From Octopus vulgaris (lineage: Eukaryota): a DNA stretch of 64,000 bases. Below are positions 1 through 12,910 of this stretch, in pieces. Every line of letters begins with the position of its first letter. The first letter of the stretch is position 1. Where the stretch lies: assembly GCA_951406725.2 (NCBI GenBank), contig OX597814.1, positions 87,420,001 through 87,484,000 of the forward strand, given 5' to 3'. Made by a program: the position numbers and the translations under genes. Below the pieces are notes generated by a model. That model worked only from the letters and a program-made list of their open reading frames with translations. It searched no databases and was not told the DNA's origin.

Positions 1-201
1 TAAAAATGGAAAAAAATGATGGTAATTTTTTTTAAATCGTAGACTCATCGTAGACGCGCGCTAATGCCCAGAAGGGCTCGATATGAATCACGACTATAAG
101 ATACCCGCTTTTGGTTAAACTACACCGCAAAATCTGGGAGTAGTTAGGAATCTAAATCGTAGGAGACAGACACCACACAACTTCTCTTTTATATATATAG
201 A
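1..201 (-). mobile_element. 5' end of a non-autonomous Helitron-like element (continues beyond the window start)
   Basis: Minus strand begins A|TCTATATATATAAAAGAGAAGTTGTGTGGTGTCTGTC, a typical Helitron-N 5' terminus. Confidence 0.55.
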
Positions 202-297
202 TTTATATGTATGATATAATGAGGCTGAAAGTTTTTTTATAAAAACAATACAAATAAATTATAAATTATAAAGCTCTAAAAGAAATGACAGATGCCA

Positions 298-423
298 AAA
301 ACCTACGTATATGTTTTGATTCATGCCCTTAGGTGATTCGTAATTCTAAACATTTGGGCAGGGCCATATGCTAAGAATTGGACATCATTTTAACTAAATA
401 GGGCAGAATCTCATCAGGGCTTT
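298..423 (-). ncRNA. Type-I hammerhead-ribozyme-like motif with long stem II (G12 mutated)
   Basis: Minus strand: AAAGCC-CTGATGA-GATTCTGCCC...GGGCATGAATC-AAAAC-ATATAC-GT-A-GGTTTT. Stem I is 6 bp (one G-U); stem II pairs GATTC/GAATC and TGCCC/GGGCA; GAAA has become AAAA at a CpG. Confidence 0.65.
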
Positions 424-864
424 ATGAGCTTATACTACAAATGTTAACATATTTCTTAAAAGGATGCAGACAAATTACTAACAAGTTTAAGAAGTTAAAT
501 CATATATATTATGCGTATGTATTTAGCTAGCGAATTATAGATGTAAAGATAAAATAACATACAAATAAAGTTAAAGTAAGAAGATATAAGATAAAAAATA
601 AAGAAAAATATAAATGTATGTAAAATATATAGTATATGAATTTAGATAAGAAAAAAGAAAAGTGCTTAAATATGCAAGGGAAGAATTATATGATAAAATA
701 AATGAAAGATAAGTTAAATAGTAAAAAATTATCAGTCGACCGTTAAAGATGAATTATTTTCATTGGTTTGGTAATAGATATAGTTTAGGAAATCTATGGA
801 TGTGTAGCGTTCACATCGTATTGTGTCGAATTTAAAATGAAGTATAGACAAAAGTTTGAAAAAG

Positions 865-1240
865 TAGTGGTAAGTAGCTTACTTACCAACGACTTGGCTC
901 CGAGTTCAATCCCACTGCGTGACACCTTGGGCAAGTGTCTTCTACTATAGCCTCGGGCCGACCAAAGCCTTGTGAATGGATTTGGTAGGCGGAAACTGAA
1001 AGAAGCCCGTCGTACATATATATATTTGTGTGTCTGTGTTTGCCCCCCCCCCCTACGTCGCTTGACAACCGATGCTGGTGTGTTTACGTCCTCGTCACTT
1101 AGCGGTTCGGCAAGAGAGACCAATAGAATAAGTACTAGGTTTACAAAGAATAAGTCCTGGGATCGATTTGCTCGACTAAAGGCGGCGCTCCAGCATGGCC
1201 GCAGTCAAATGACTGAAACAAATAAAAGAATAAAAGAAAA
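865..1240 (+). mobile_element. tRNA-derived SINE (family A, octopus-type)
   Basis: GTGGTAAG A-box, GAGTTCAATCCC B-box, core CCTTGGGCAAGTGTC, tail CCAGCATGGCCGCAGTCAAATGACTGAAACA; many copies in the window. Confidence 0.85.
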
Positions 1241-2078
1241 AAGGATATATATATATATATACTCACACTCAAACATATTTATTTAATTTATTTTCATTTA
1301 TTTATCATCAGAAAGGTTAACTTGTTAGAGTTGTGTTATTGGAAGTTTAATATCTAGAATTTATCGCTTAAGAGGTTAAATAAAAGAAAAGCTAAAAGGG
1401 GGCGAAGAGAAAAGGAATAAAATATAATGAAATAAAATGTAGTAGAATATATGGGAGCATATATCGGGTATTTGTTATAATGTCGCATAATGTTTGTAAT
1501 TATTAACTAAATAAATAAGTAAATTGGAGATCAATTCATTATAGATAGGAATATCGTTTAGTGTTGTGTGGTCATCCATTCTAGTAGTAGTTTCCTCTGT
1601 ACCAAGGTTAGGAATAACGAAGGAGTCATTCTTAAACTTCACAATGATTTAATTATAGCTAAGAACAGATACGAGTTCACCAAGAATATGTTTCGTGTGT
1701 AGCTGCTCATAAATGTGAAAAGTTGCATTCAAAATTTTGCCTAGTCGCGTTCTGAGTGAAAGAAATGCAATAGAAAGTGTACGAAGGAAATTAGTACCGC
1801 AAATGGTTCATTAGCAGCGCAAGAGAAATCTGTACGCATGTCGTGTAACATAAAGGGCTTGAATCGCACGGATGCTGCTAGAGACCATTTTCTTAGCTTA
1901 GTCCACGTGTAGACGAGTATAGTTGCTCTCCATAAAAAGGATGTCGACAGGTTGGATTCGGCGTAGCGAAAAGAGAAAAAACGGATCTCTCTGTCCCATA
2001 TATAGACTGAAAGGCTGCTGGCTTCCTTTAGTGAACAAAACCCTTCTATAATGTTCAATTACTAAAAGGGACATTCTT

Positions 2079-2098
2079 GGAACATTCTAGAATGTTCC
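2079..2098. promoter_or_regulatory. Perfect heat-shock element (4 inverted nGAAn units)
   Basis: GGAACATTCTAGAATGTTCC is a perfect 20-bp palindrome matching nGAAnnTTCnnGAAnnTTCn; function untested. Confidence 0.45.
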
Positions 2099-2394
2099 CC
2101 AAGGGAGATCACTTGTGTTCTTCTGGAGAACCGTAAATAGAACAATGACAGAATCTGTTTCAATTTACGTCACGCCTAGAAGCGTATTACGTTATATGAA
2201 GAAAAACGCAGTATTTGTATTTATGATCGAATTTTTGCTAAGGTAGAACAATTTAGTAGCTAAACCAAGTATTGATATTTAAATAGAATTTAGCAAATAT
2301 GAATTATGATTTAATTTACTCTGACTGAGTCCTACTGGTAGAAGCAGCAAGTCTTGTTTTTCTCCCAATTGACGACTTCCGTTTTGGTGTTATG

Positions 2395-3258
2395 ATCTGA
2401 CACGAATAAAATAATAAATGAGTAACATAAAAAATATTTTGTTACATTTTAATTATACATCGTAGTATGATACATAATAGGAAAATTTACCAGAATTACT
2501 TCATTCGTGACATGACCAGACACGAATAAAATAATAAATCGGTAATATAAAATAAAATTTGGAGTTACATTTTAATTAACGTGTAATATAATGTATGTCA
2601 ATCACTGTTTTATACATCGTAGTATGATACATAGTAGGAAAAGTTACCAGAGCAAAAATCCTAAGTGTTGACTGTAGACACGCTCCTTCGCAAATGATCA
2701 GCTATTGTTTTGTAAACAATGTTTCGAAACTGTTCGTGTGTTCGAAAGGGGAGATCTGACTCTTACACTCAGTGTAAGAGGCCCAGGTTGCCAAAGTTAC
2801 TTCATTCGACAATATTACTCAATACAAAGAGAAGGAGTTGGATGGGATGTGGCGGGGGCAGGGGGAGGAAGAGGAGGTCGGACTGATCTCTGCGGGAGAA
2901 GGTAGGTCTCTCTATTCCTCTTACAAAACTTACTTCCGGGAACCAAATTTGCCTCAATTGATGGGAGTGTGGTGGTGGAACAGGAACAGAGGCAGGGGCA
3001 GAAGGAGGTCAAGCATGTCCCTTTAGGAGAGTATAGGCCATCCTATTTCTGCCAAAGTTATTTCCGGGTGCCAAAGTTACCTTAATTGATGGAATGTCTC
3101 TGAAATAGGGAGTGGGGGAGGGACTAAACCTGTATATAAACCACGCTAGAGCTCCCACCCCCAAACACCCCTACAAAGTTTCATGCCGATCGGCCCAACC
3201 GTTTGGCCGTGATGTGAGTACAGACGGACAAACGGTCATTACGCCCATTATAGTATGA
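2395..3258 (-). mobile_element. Non-autonomous Helitron-like element with internal ~120-bp direct repeats
   Basis: Minus-strand 5' end A|TCATACTATAAT...GTTTGTCCGTCTG...GGCCAAACGGTTGGGCCGATCGGCATGAAACTTTG (Lep1/DINE-like). Duplicated GACACGAATAAAATAATAAAT blocks at ~2399 and ~2519. The 3' boundary is uncertain. Confidence 0.5.
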
Positions 3259-3459
3259 TATATTATTTTACATACATACATACTGACAGACCGACAGACA
3301 GATAGACAGGCAGACAGACATATACGTGAGTGTGTGTCCGCGTGCGTGTGTGTGTGTGTGTAACATTTTTATTAAAACATGTATTGTTAAAACCCGACAT
3401 TGTTCAAGTTTCCTTTTTGCAAGTGTTTTTTCTTTTTTTCTTTTTTTTTTTCATTTAGA

Positions 3460-3637
3460 GACGCAGGAGTGGCTGTGTGGTAAGTAGCTTGCTTACCAAC
3501 CACATGGTTCCGGGTTCAGTCCCACTACGTGGCATCTTGGGCAAGCGTTTTCTACTATAGCCTCGGGCCGAATAAAGCCTTGTGAGTAGATTTGGTAGAC
3601 GGAAACTGGAAGAAGTCCGTCGTATATATATACATAC

Positions 3638-3725
<88 letters not shown>

Positions 3726-3870
3726 GTGTGTTTACCGGTTCGGCAAAAGAGACCGATAGAATAAGTACTAAGTACTAGGCTTAGAAAGAATAAGTCCTGG
3801 GTCGATTTGCTCGAGTAAAGGCGGAGCTCCAGCATGGCCGCAGTCAAATGACTGAAACAAGTAAAAGAAT
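3460..3870 (+). mobile_element. SINE family A with internal (TG)n
   Basis: GGAGTGGCTGTGTGGTAAG...GGTTCAGTCCC head and the same tail as 865-1240. Confidence 0.88.
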
Positions 3871-4109
3871 ATGCTTTATACTTCCTTACTGTTTGTTTGG
3901 AACATTGATTTTCCTTCGATCATCCTTTTTACAACTTGATGGTTTTATCTTAGATGAAGTAGTTATCGTTGGTGTATGTTACCGCTGTTTTCTTGCGCGT
4001 AGAAACCTTGACCGTCATTCGCCGAAGTTTATTAATTTATTTTTTGTTGCACTAGAATGTTGACTCAAGGTTTTATTCAACAATCAGAATCTAATAATTT
4101 TGTGTGTGC

Positions 4110-4181
<72 letters not shown>

Positions 4182-4376
4182 GTGTGCGTGTGTGTGGTTA
4201 TTTATTTCTAGGACAGCTGTGGGAAAATAATGTTATGATCAAGCACATTCTAGCCGTGATCATCTAGTCTTTACAGGCATATTTTATTCCAGACAACATT
4301 CCCCAACACAATTTGTGAGGGATATAGCTGATACTTCTAGCTGGTCGAGTTACGACGTAGATGCTCTCTCCCTGTC

Positions 4377-4411
<35 letters not shown>

Positions 4412-4844
4412 TTCGTTGACTCAATGTGATTTTTGAATCTAGGGTGTGTTGTGCCTTTATGATTAGTTAGTTGTTTATAAAAAGAAACACATTTTCATGA
4501 TTTTAATTCTCATGTTTTCCTTACAACTCGATCCAGTAGTAAATAATTTAGAGAGTGATTTGTCTGCCAATATGATTTTCTCTTGGCAGCTGTATGAAAA
4601 CAAGTTCTACAGTTGAATTCCAATAATGAATTCGGGCTATTTAGAATATAAATATGCATGCACACATTAGAGCAAATCTGTCTATGAGCTTTTCTGGTGC
4701 TTTTACGAGTGTAGATGATGTAAATGTATGTTAAATTTTATTGGCTTATGGAATTGGTTTCAGGGTTAATGTTAATTCCGCTGTATATATGCCGTTGCAC
4801 ATGTATATATGTAATGCATATTCACAGGTGTTACATTCTCTTTG

Positions 4845-4937
<93 letters not shown>

Positions 4938-5190
4938 ATGAGCATGCGTATATACTTTCAGAAAATATTCTATATTTTTTTAAAAACAAAATAAGTATGT
5001 CGATATTTTTTCTCTTTACCAATTTTGACTTTCAATTTCATATAAGAGCGAAGAGCCAAAATAAGCACACAGTCTAGTAGACTTAAGTCTGCTGATTGTG
5101 TATCTCCGCCTTTCTGTGTTGGTATCAAATAGCATTTTATTCTACATATTCCCGACTTTGCGTTTGCTTCTTTCGCTAGCTCTTTTCCGC

Positions 5191-5245
<55 letters not shown>

Positions 5246-7100
5246 CTCTTTCTTTCTTTCTTTCTTTATTTTCCTTATCTATCATCTTGTAACAGGAAAT
5301 ACAGTTTCGCTTCTTTGAACTGTACTTAATAATAATGTCGTTTAAAATATGTCATACAAACGTCATAAATAGGGTGGTTATACAAACAAATGTATGAGTA
5401 TGTGTGTGTATGTGTGTGTGCGCGCGTGCAAGCGTGTGTGTATGCGTGTGTATGTGTGTGTGCGTGCGTGAAAGCGTGTGTGTATGCGTGTGTATGCGTG
5501 TGTATGTGTGTGTGCGTGCGCACACACAAGTAACTTTATTTAGAACGCCATAAACATAAGTTTCAATGACTCAGGCAACTTTTAAAAGTTTAGACAATGC
5601 CATGGAAAGAGAGATGTTATTACAGTGTTATAAGTACATTTTCTCTCCAGTTAATTATATTTCAATGTGTGCATCTCTTTCAAGTTATACCCAAAGTGAG
5701 AGCTGCTGCTTTTTAAAAGTCCTCAGTCAATGACCGGGTTTACGGTACATTTACCCCCATCTCAACCATGAGTGCACAGCAAGTTAATACTGTTGACATT
5801 ACATAGCAGTGCCAAACAAAGTTCAATTAGAAATTTCATGAAATCGTATGTGGGCCATTAAGGTCTGCTTCAATCAAGAAGGATCGAATTTTCTACTCGA
5901 AAGCACAATGATGAGACACGCGTAGACACCAGAATTATGTAAAAGTGCATCTCAACTAATAAACGGCTATAAATGAAACTGTCCTGAGTACAGTGAATGA
6001 AATGTAGCATAACCTGAATTAGTTAAAAGTTTATTTCAAAGTAGAATCGAATAATGTTATCTACTTCTACTAGCGTTATCTACTCCTTTCTGTCTTTATT
6101 GCTTTAGAAATATTTCTTTGGTAATTTTTCTTGTTTTGCAGACAACTTCAAAGATTATATCAAGTTTTACTCTGACTCATTCTCTCTCTTCACTTAGCCA
6201 CTCCCCGTTGTCCTGTCCAATCGTGTTCTCAATGATACAATTGCAACCGGAATGATTCGTCACTATATAGAGATCAACTTCCGCATAGTTCGTCTCATCC
6301 CTTCAACCAACAACCTTCAATGGAACTTGATCGAATATTTGCCAGAAAGTATTCACAGTACCATTTACTATTTTTAGGATCTTTTCAGTTGGTGTCACAG
6401 ACTTCGTATTTTTTTTTTTTTATTCCAATTGACTTTAAGTTTAGTTATGCCAATTTAGTTTTGCATGCTAATTACGAAAATGAAACACATTTTTGCAATA
6501 AATAAAAAGTTAATAACTTTTAAAGTTTTCAAATTCTGGGTAATTTTAGCCAATCGACAGTCACCATTATACACATGCCCGTTAATGTCAAATTAGTATC
6601 TACACTGAACCGCAAAAGAAACGCGATTTTATCAAATGTCATTTCTATATGGTAAATTCTGAAAATTTATTTCGGGGATGTAAGTGTAAATATTCCAAGA
6701 CATGCTGGTTTATGGCTGAGACTCAAACTAAAGGTAACCTTTCAACTTTCCCTGAAACGAGACGCCAAAATGCAGCTGCGTTGAATGCCGTGGGTAGCAG
6801 TCGCAAACAATTGTCATGAAAACCGAAATGCATGTACATTTCGTGGAGGTTATGGATATAAAAATCAGCTTACACCGCGATCCTGGAATTCGTAATTTCT
6901 CCGCTGTGTTGGGCGTTTTATATTGTAAGTTACTGGTTATTGTTAATTTGATTGTTGCTGTTATTCCATTTGTTGTGTATTTTTAAAACACCGTGTTTTA
7001 CTGCGTTTGGCAGAATTTTGAGCTTTTTCCCCTCTTATGTGAATGAGGAAATTATCATTGTTTTTGTTGGGTGTTCGCACCCAATATTATCATTTGAAAA

Positions 7101-8113
7101 ATGAGTAGTTCCTCTGGCGAGGCGACTACGACGGAACCAATATTGAACATGCCTACCGAAGAAGAAATGCTAAAGGAACAAGAAGTCGAATCAAGAAATA
7201 ACAAAGTGACAAATTTTGCAGCGGCAGCTGGCGTGAATATGAAAGACCTGAATATTGATCAAAAAGAACTAGTTAAATATAAAGGGCTGATTCAAAGGGA
7301 GGGGCTCGAGGTGAAAGTGATCATTCCCAGTGAAGTGACGCACAACGCGTCCCATTGTACTATCGTTTACAAATCACTTATTATAAAGAGCAAGAAATTG
7401 GATATAGCTTCGAAAGAAGTCGTGGAGATATGCCTCAGGCCGGTATGTCAAGATGTCACCTACTTGGCCAGGGGCAAGAGATATGCAACCATCGAAGTGA
7501 GGTTCAAAAACCGAGGAAAAGGCCAGGCAATATTCCACGGCCTCCCTGAAATCTGCAGAGGTAGTCCTCCTACCCACATATCTTGGAAGACGTACTTCCA
7601 GGATAAAAATGGGAGCAATCCCTCCAAAAGTGGACGTTGCCTGGTTGGTGCCAGCACTTGTGATGGGCCTGGAGGATATAATTTCCATCCTCCAGGCAAC
7701 CAAAATAGAGCAGCAAAACTGGCTAGGACAATGGCTTGAGATGTTGATACAAGTGGCCCCTGCTGACTTAGAGCAAATTGTGGAGACTATACAGGAGGGG
7801 GAGGAAACCAAGCTTCGAGTGATGGTCGAAGGGAGGAAGCCCACATGCTACAAATGTGGTCAAAAGAGCCACATAAGAGCAGATGGCAAGCCTCCCACCG
7901 TGAAAGATTCGGCTCTCCACCTCGTGGAAAAGATACTGCACCCTCAACAACAGCCGAGGCAGCCCCTACAGAGACAACAGAAGTGGAAGTCAAGAGGAAA
8001 GATACTGCAGAGGACATGGAATGGACTACCCCGCAAAAAAGGAAGGGAAAATTTTCCAACCCACCCCCACCAGCCCCAGCACATGTAAATAAAGCCTCTT
8101 GACTTGCACACAA

Positions 8114-8168
<55 letters not shown>

Positions 8169-9090
8169 CCTCCCCCTTCCCCACCAAATCAGACAACAAT
8201 ATTATGGCTGTGAATGCCGACAATAATAAACTTATGCACAAACTACAGAAAATTCCCAAGGCGGAATCATACAAAAATATTAACAAAAACCCAGAAAATG
8301 TGAAAATATTCCATATAGACAGTTTAAATTACAGAATTCTTAAAAATGAATTCCCCAAAGACATAAGCCCACTGAGGAAAGATTTTTCTCCTCAAAGTTT
8401 TTCTCCCACAAGCCCCGAAATGAAGGATAAGATGGGATTACTCTCCCATCTAAACAAAAGGTAAGTTTCTTTTACGTCTGCACCCCACGTAGGTTGTATA
8501 AATGTACGTAGCCTAGGGGAAGATTGGAAGCAAGGAGGCCTCCTTAATGACCTCAGGTCGCTTAGACTGGATGTGATAGTTACCACAGAAATCAGACTGA
8601 GTGGACTGCGGGGCTTCCCCCACCCCTAAACGTCTTTATTTCTAAATGCCAGCCTGGAGGTGGGGGGTGTCGCTGTTCTACTCAGGAAGGATTTGAAACT
8701 ACAGTTAAGAACAATCCTTGTCGACCCGGAGGGTAGGCTGGTCGTCATTGATGTGACACACGGCAGTGGTAAAACCTTCAGGCTGGTGGCTGTCTATGCT
8801 CCTTGTAGAACTGGACAGTCAAACGTTTTTCGAAGCCTAGAAAATTTTCTAGGAACGTGTTGTTAGGAGACTTAACACAATTTGTGATGCACGCATAGAT
8901 TGTGTTGGCTCGAATCCAGATTGGAAGGGTAACACATGCTTCATCGATCTGCTTGGTCGTTTTCAGCTGGGAGATCGATATTGACTAGAATTCCCAAACG
9001 CTCCATTGTGGACATGGTCTAATAGCGATGGGTCTTCGCGGTCTTGCTAAGATAGGATTATTGTTAGGCGCAAAAATAAAGACTTAGCTA
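7101..9090 (+). pseudogene. 5' part of a Tx1/L1-clade LINE: frameshifted ORF1 (gag-like) and degenerate APE endonuclease
   Basis: ORF1 pieces at 7101-7739 and 7609-8088 include a degenerate zinc knuckle (CYKCGQKSH). From ~8490: VGCINVRSL, DVIVTTEIRL, GGVAVLLRK, LVAVYAP and WTW motifs of an APE domain, with stops and frameshifts. No RT follows. Confidence 0.75.
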
Positions 9091-9809
9091 GGTGTAACAT
9101 TTTTCTAAATTTTTTTCTGGAATAAATGAATCCCAAACTCAGATTTAGCATCAAGATTTACATAAGTATACGAAATTTGAAATTTTTCACTCACTTTTAA
9201 AATTTCCAAATATTTGATAGTAACTGAAAAGATCCACATTTTATTTATAATAATTTGGTCGATTTAGCATAAGCGTTACAACTGTTACTTTCATTTTTCG
9301 TAATTGAGTACTGTGTACGATCTAATCAGTTATACTCAGTTTCCAAATTTTAAACCTTGTCCATTTAAAATCAACATTTCTGATATTCTAAAGTAGTTCG
9401 TTTTCTTCATCACTTCATATCTCTCACATTCATACCCACGGTGAGAACAAATATATAAAACCTTAGCAAACTTGTTAACACCAGTGTTTACCACGGTGTA
9501 GTTGGACAGTTCAATCAGGTTTCTGGCAAAAAAAAATTCTCAGGAAAATGCTCCCGTGCTATACAAATGATGCTGTTTCTTTCACATACAATTTATTTAA
9601 GCTTAGGAAATTAACTGATATCACAATCATTATATCGAAGCCTATTACGAAGTCTCAAAATTTTAACATGACACATGACATTCCAATTTCGACTTCTGTA
9701 GCAACTCCATATGACAGACCATGCATAATGGAAAGAAACATCATCTTTCCAACTGTCTAAAGGTTGATGAACCACCTATTGATCCCCTCCATTTTCTTAT
9801 TGCTCTCTT

Positions 9810-9851
<42 letters not shown>

Positions 9852-9855
<4 letters not shown>

Positions 9856-10165
9856 AGCCTCGGCCGACCAATCCTTTGTGAGTGGATTTGGTAGACGGAA
9901 ACTGAAAGAAGCCCGTCGTATATAGGTGTATATTTGTGTGTGTGTGTGTGTGTGTGCGTGTGCGTGTGTGTTTATACCCCCACTATTGCCTGACAACCGA
10001 TGCCGGTGTGTTTATGTCCCTGTAATTTAGTAGTTCGGCAAAAGATACCGATCAAATAAGTACTTGGCTTACAAACAATAAGACCTGGGGCTGGTTTGTT
10101 CGACTAAAGGCGGTGTTCTAGCATAGCCGCAGTCAAATGACTGAAAGAAGTAAAAGAATAAAAAA
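9852..10165 (+). mobile_element. SINE family A, 5'-truncated
   Basis: Core GCCTCGGCCGACCAA...GGAAACTGAAAGAAGCCCGTCG and the family tail. Confidence 0.8.
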
Positions 10166-10456
10166 GACTATGCCATTTTAATTCCGAGCAACGCCGGGTA
10201 TTTCTGATAGTCTTAAAATAAAAGGAGTACGAGTAATAATAACATAATATTGTTTATTTTGTGTTTAGACAATAGAATAAGCGTACATAAGAATATTGGA
10301 GAGAAAAGGAAGGCACCGATGTTAGTGAAAAGACGTTCGTAAACAGGAAAAGTATGTGGGAGAGGTGAGGGTGTATGTATGCATGTTTGTATATGTGTAT
10401 GCCTGTATACTCGTGTGTGTATGCGTATATCTGTGTTTTGTGCGTGTGTGTGTGTG

Positions 10457-10490
<34 letters not shown>

Positions 10491-10528
10491 TGTATGTATG
10501 TATGCATGCATGTATATATATATATATA

Positions 10529-10850
10529 GTGAAGGCACGTGGCTTAGTGGTTAGGGCATTCGGCTCACGATCGTAAGGTGGTGAGTTCAATTCCCAGCGA
10601 CGCGTTGTGTCCTTGAGCAAAGCACTTTATTTCACATTGCTTCAGTTCACTCAGCTGACAAAAATGAGTAGTACCTGTATTTCAAAACGCCAGCCTTGTC
10701 ACGTTCTGTGTCACGCTGAATCTCCCTGAGAACTACATTAAGGGTACACATGTCTGTGGAGTGCTCAGCCAGTTGCACGTTAATTTCACGAACAAGCTGT
10801 TCCGTTGATCGTATCAGCTGGGGACCCTCGTCGTCGTAACCGACGGAGTG
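10529..10850 (+). mobile_element. tRNA-derived SINE (family B)
   Basis: GTGGCTTAGTGG A-box, GAGTTCAATTCC B-box, GTGTCCTTGAGCAA core; flanked by (TA)n. Confidence 0.8.
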
Positions 10851-10853
10851 GTC

Positions 10854-10903
<50 letters not shown>

Positions 10904-10951
10904 TATATATATATATATATATATAATTTATACATACATATATACATATAT

Positions 10952-10999
<48 letters not shown>

Positions 11000-11238
11000 A
11001 CGGAGCACGAGAGAGAGAAGTGAAGAGAAAATTATTTGTTTATTCTATATATATATATATATTCTGTATATATGAAGAGGAGAAATAATGCACAAGCAAA
11101 AGTAGAAAAGACGTGCTGTATAAATACTTGCGAAATGGCGGAAAGGGTAGAAAGAGAAAAATAAAGGAGAATGAATGAAGAGGAGGTTGAAAAGATATGA
11201 ACGGTGGGAAGTTAAAAAATGACAACAGCTTTATTTTA

Positions 11239-11307
<69 letters not shown>

Positions 11308-12699
11308 CTACTGATACTGTTGTTGTCGTTGTCGTTGTTGTTGTTGTTGTTGTTACTGCTGTTGTTGCAAGGGAGTCGTCACATTCTTGGGAAATAATAC
11401 AAGTAAGTGGAACAATTTAGAGTAGTCGTTGGTTTTTTTAAGAGTTTTGAAATCTGTGTTGTTTGTGCATGACAGTGAAGATCCATGATGTGTGTAGAAA
11501 CTATGTTTGGTGAAGTAGAAATGAACCGGTTATTACGACTTAAGTTAGATGGAGGTTTTGGTGTCTGTTCATCAAATCATTAGAAGATTCGTTTGAGAAT
11601 AAAGAGAATAATGCCTGTGTGTGGAAGATTAAGAATGAATAATGGTATCAATAAATGAATAATAGTATCATCTACGCAGAAGAATGTCTAGCTAGAAGCA
11701 ACAGAGAAAAATCATTAATGTGCAGAAAAGGGAATGTTGGAAGGCTGAACACCGATGTACATCACAGTAGATAGAATATGGGAGAAAGCTCTGTCAACAC
11801 CGGCTGCGATGAAGCGGTCTGATCCAAGAGAGGAGAGAGACAGACATTGCTGTGTAGAACTAAATTAGCCCTGAATGAGCAGACTTTTTATCAAAAGCAT
11901 TCAAGTCATGACCATCCTGTCTATTTTCTGTATACAGTGAGCCCAGAACAATATTATCTAAGTCGATGGAGTCTATTTCGAAAAAGAGATTTAGCTACTA
12001 TTGTTTCAACCAGGTTGAGCGACGTAGAGGCTCTTTCGTTGACTTGATGATATACGAACGGAACCAATAACCGGGAAGTTTTATCAATGATTCATGAGTC
12101 ACCAGTGCTTCTTAAGGCAGGGTTATACTGCGAAGTTATGCATATTGTGACTTGTGGTAAATAAATAAATGTAGGGACCCCAGTACATTGATTTGCTCGG
12201 GTCCTATAATACTGATAAGACAGGCCTGCGTGTTACGAGCGCCTACAAGTGGTTGGCATAAAAAATCAGAACAGGTTTTATGAAAACAAGGTTCATCGTC
12301 ACTGGTCAGGCAAAATGCAATTCAAAGTGTTTATAACTGCTCCATCATTTTTGTGTATTGTTATTATTTTCGTTAAACCCCACGTCAACCATGATGCCTG
12401 AGTTATATCGTAGAGTTAACGCTGGGTGGCAAAAACATGCGCCTTTTTAACCATCTTAACTGAAAATCTATTGATTATCTGGACGAATCTGTGCGTTGTC
12501 CAGTATAAGCAGTTCCTTTAATTTATCAACAGAAAGTTTGAGGGTACCTTCCTTGTATTTAAACACTACTGAAATGAAATGTAAAACAAAAAGCATCCAT
12601 TATTAAATGAATTAATGAATTAATGAATAAATAAATAAATAAATAAATAAATAAGAAAAGATTATTAAAAATGTGTACTTAGAATGGTAATAATGGTTA

Positions 12700-12910
12700 T
12701 AAATTTTGGCACAAGGCTAGCAAGTGCAAGAAGTGGGGTAAGTCATTTTATATCGACCCCAATGCTCAACCGGTACTTATTTTATCGACCCCAAAAGGAT
12801 GAAAGGCAAAGTCGACCTTGGTGGAATTTGGACTCAGAACATAAAGACGGACGAAATACCGCTAAGCATTTTGCCCGGCGTGCGAACAATTCTGAAAACT
12901 CGCCGCCTTC
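12700..12910 (-). mobile_element. SINE family C
   Basis: Reverse complement of GGCGGCGAG...AAATGCTTAGCGGTATTTCG...GTCGACTTTGCCTTTCATCC. Further copies at ~16200-16400, 19750-19945, 19980-20175, 20895-21050, 27168-27285, 28975-29183, 29240-29435 and 63950-64000. Confidence 0.8.

Noticed and set aside
1305-1311. CTGATGA on the minus strand
   Set aside because: No downstream GAAA or stem; likely chance or a coding remnant.
1300-2140. Penelope N-terminal ORF remnant as a feature
   Set aside because: The resemblance is only impressionistic, with no diagnostic motif; it needs a profile search.
2140-2165. GAAAC-AGATTCT-GT-C on the minus strand as a sixth hammerhead
   Set aside because: No CTGANGA box or stem I partner found at a plausible distance.
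5640-5940. Possible host exon or DNA-transposon remnant
   Set aside because: The frames I read contain stops and no identifiable domain.
10529-10600. tRNA gene
   Set aside because: A/B boxes run into a SINE core and tail with no proper acceptor stem; it is a SINE head.
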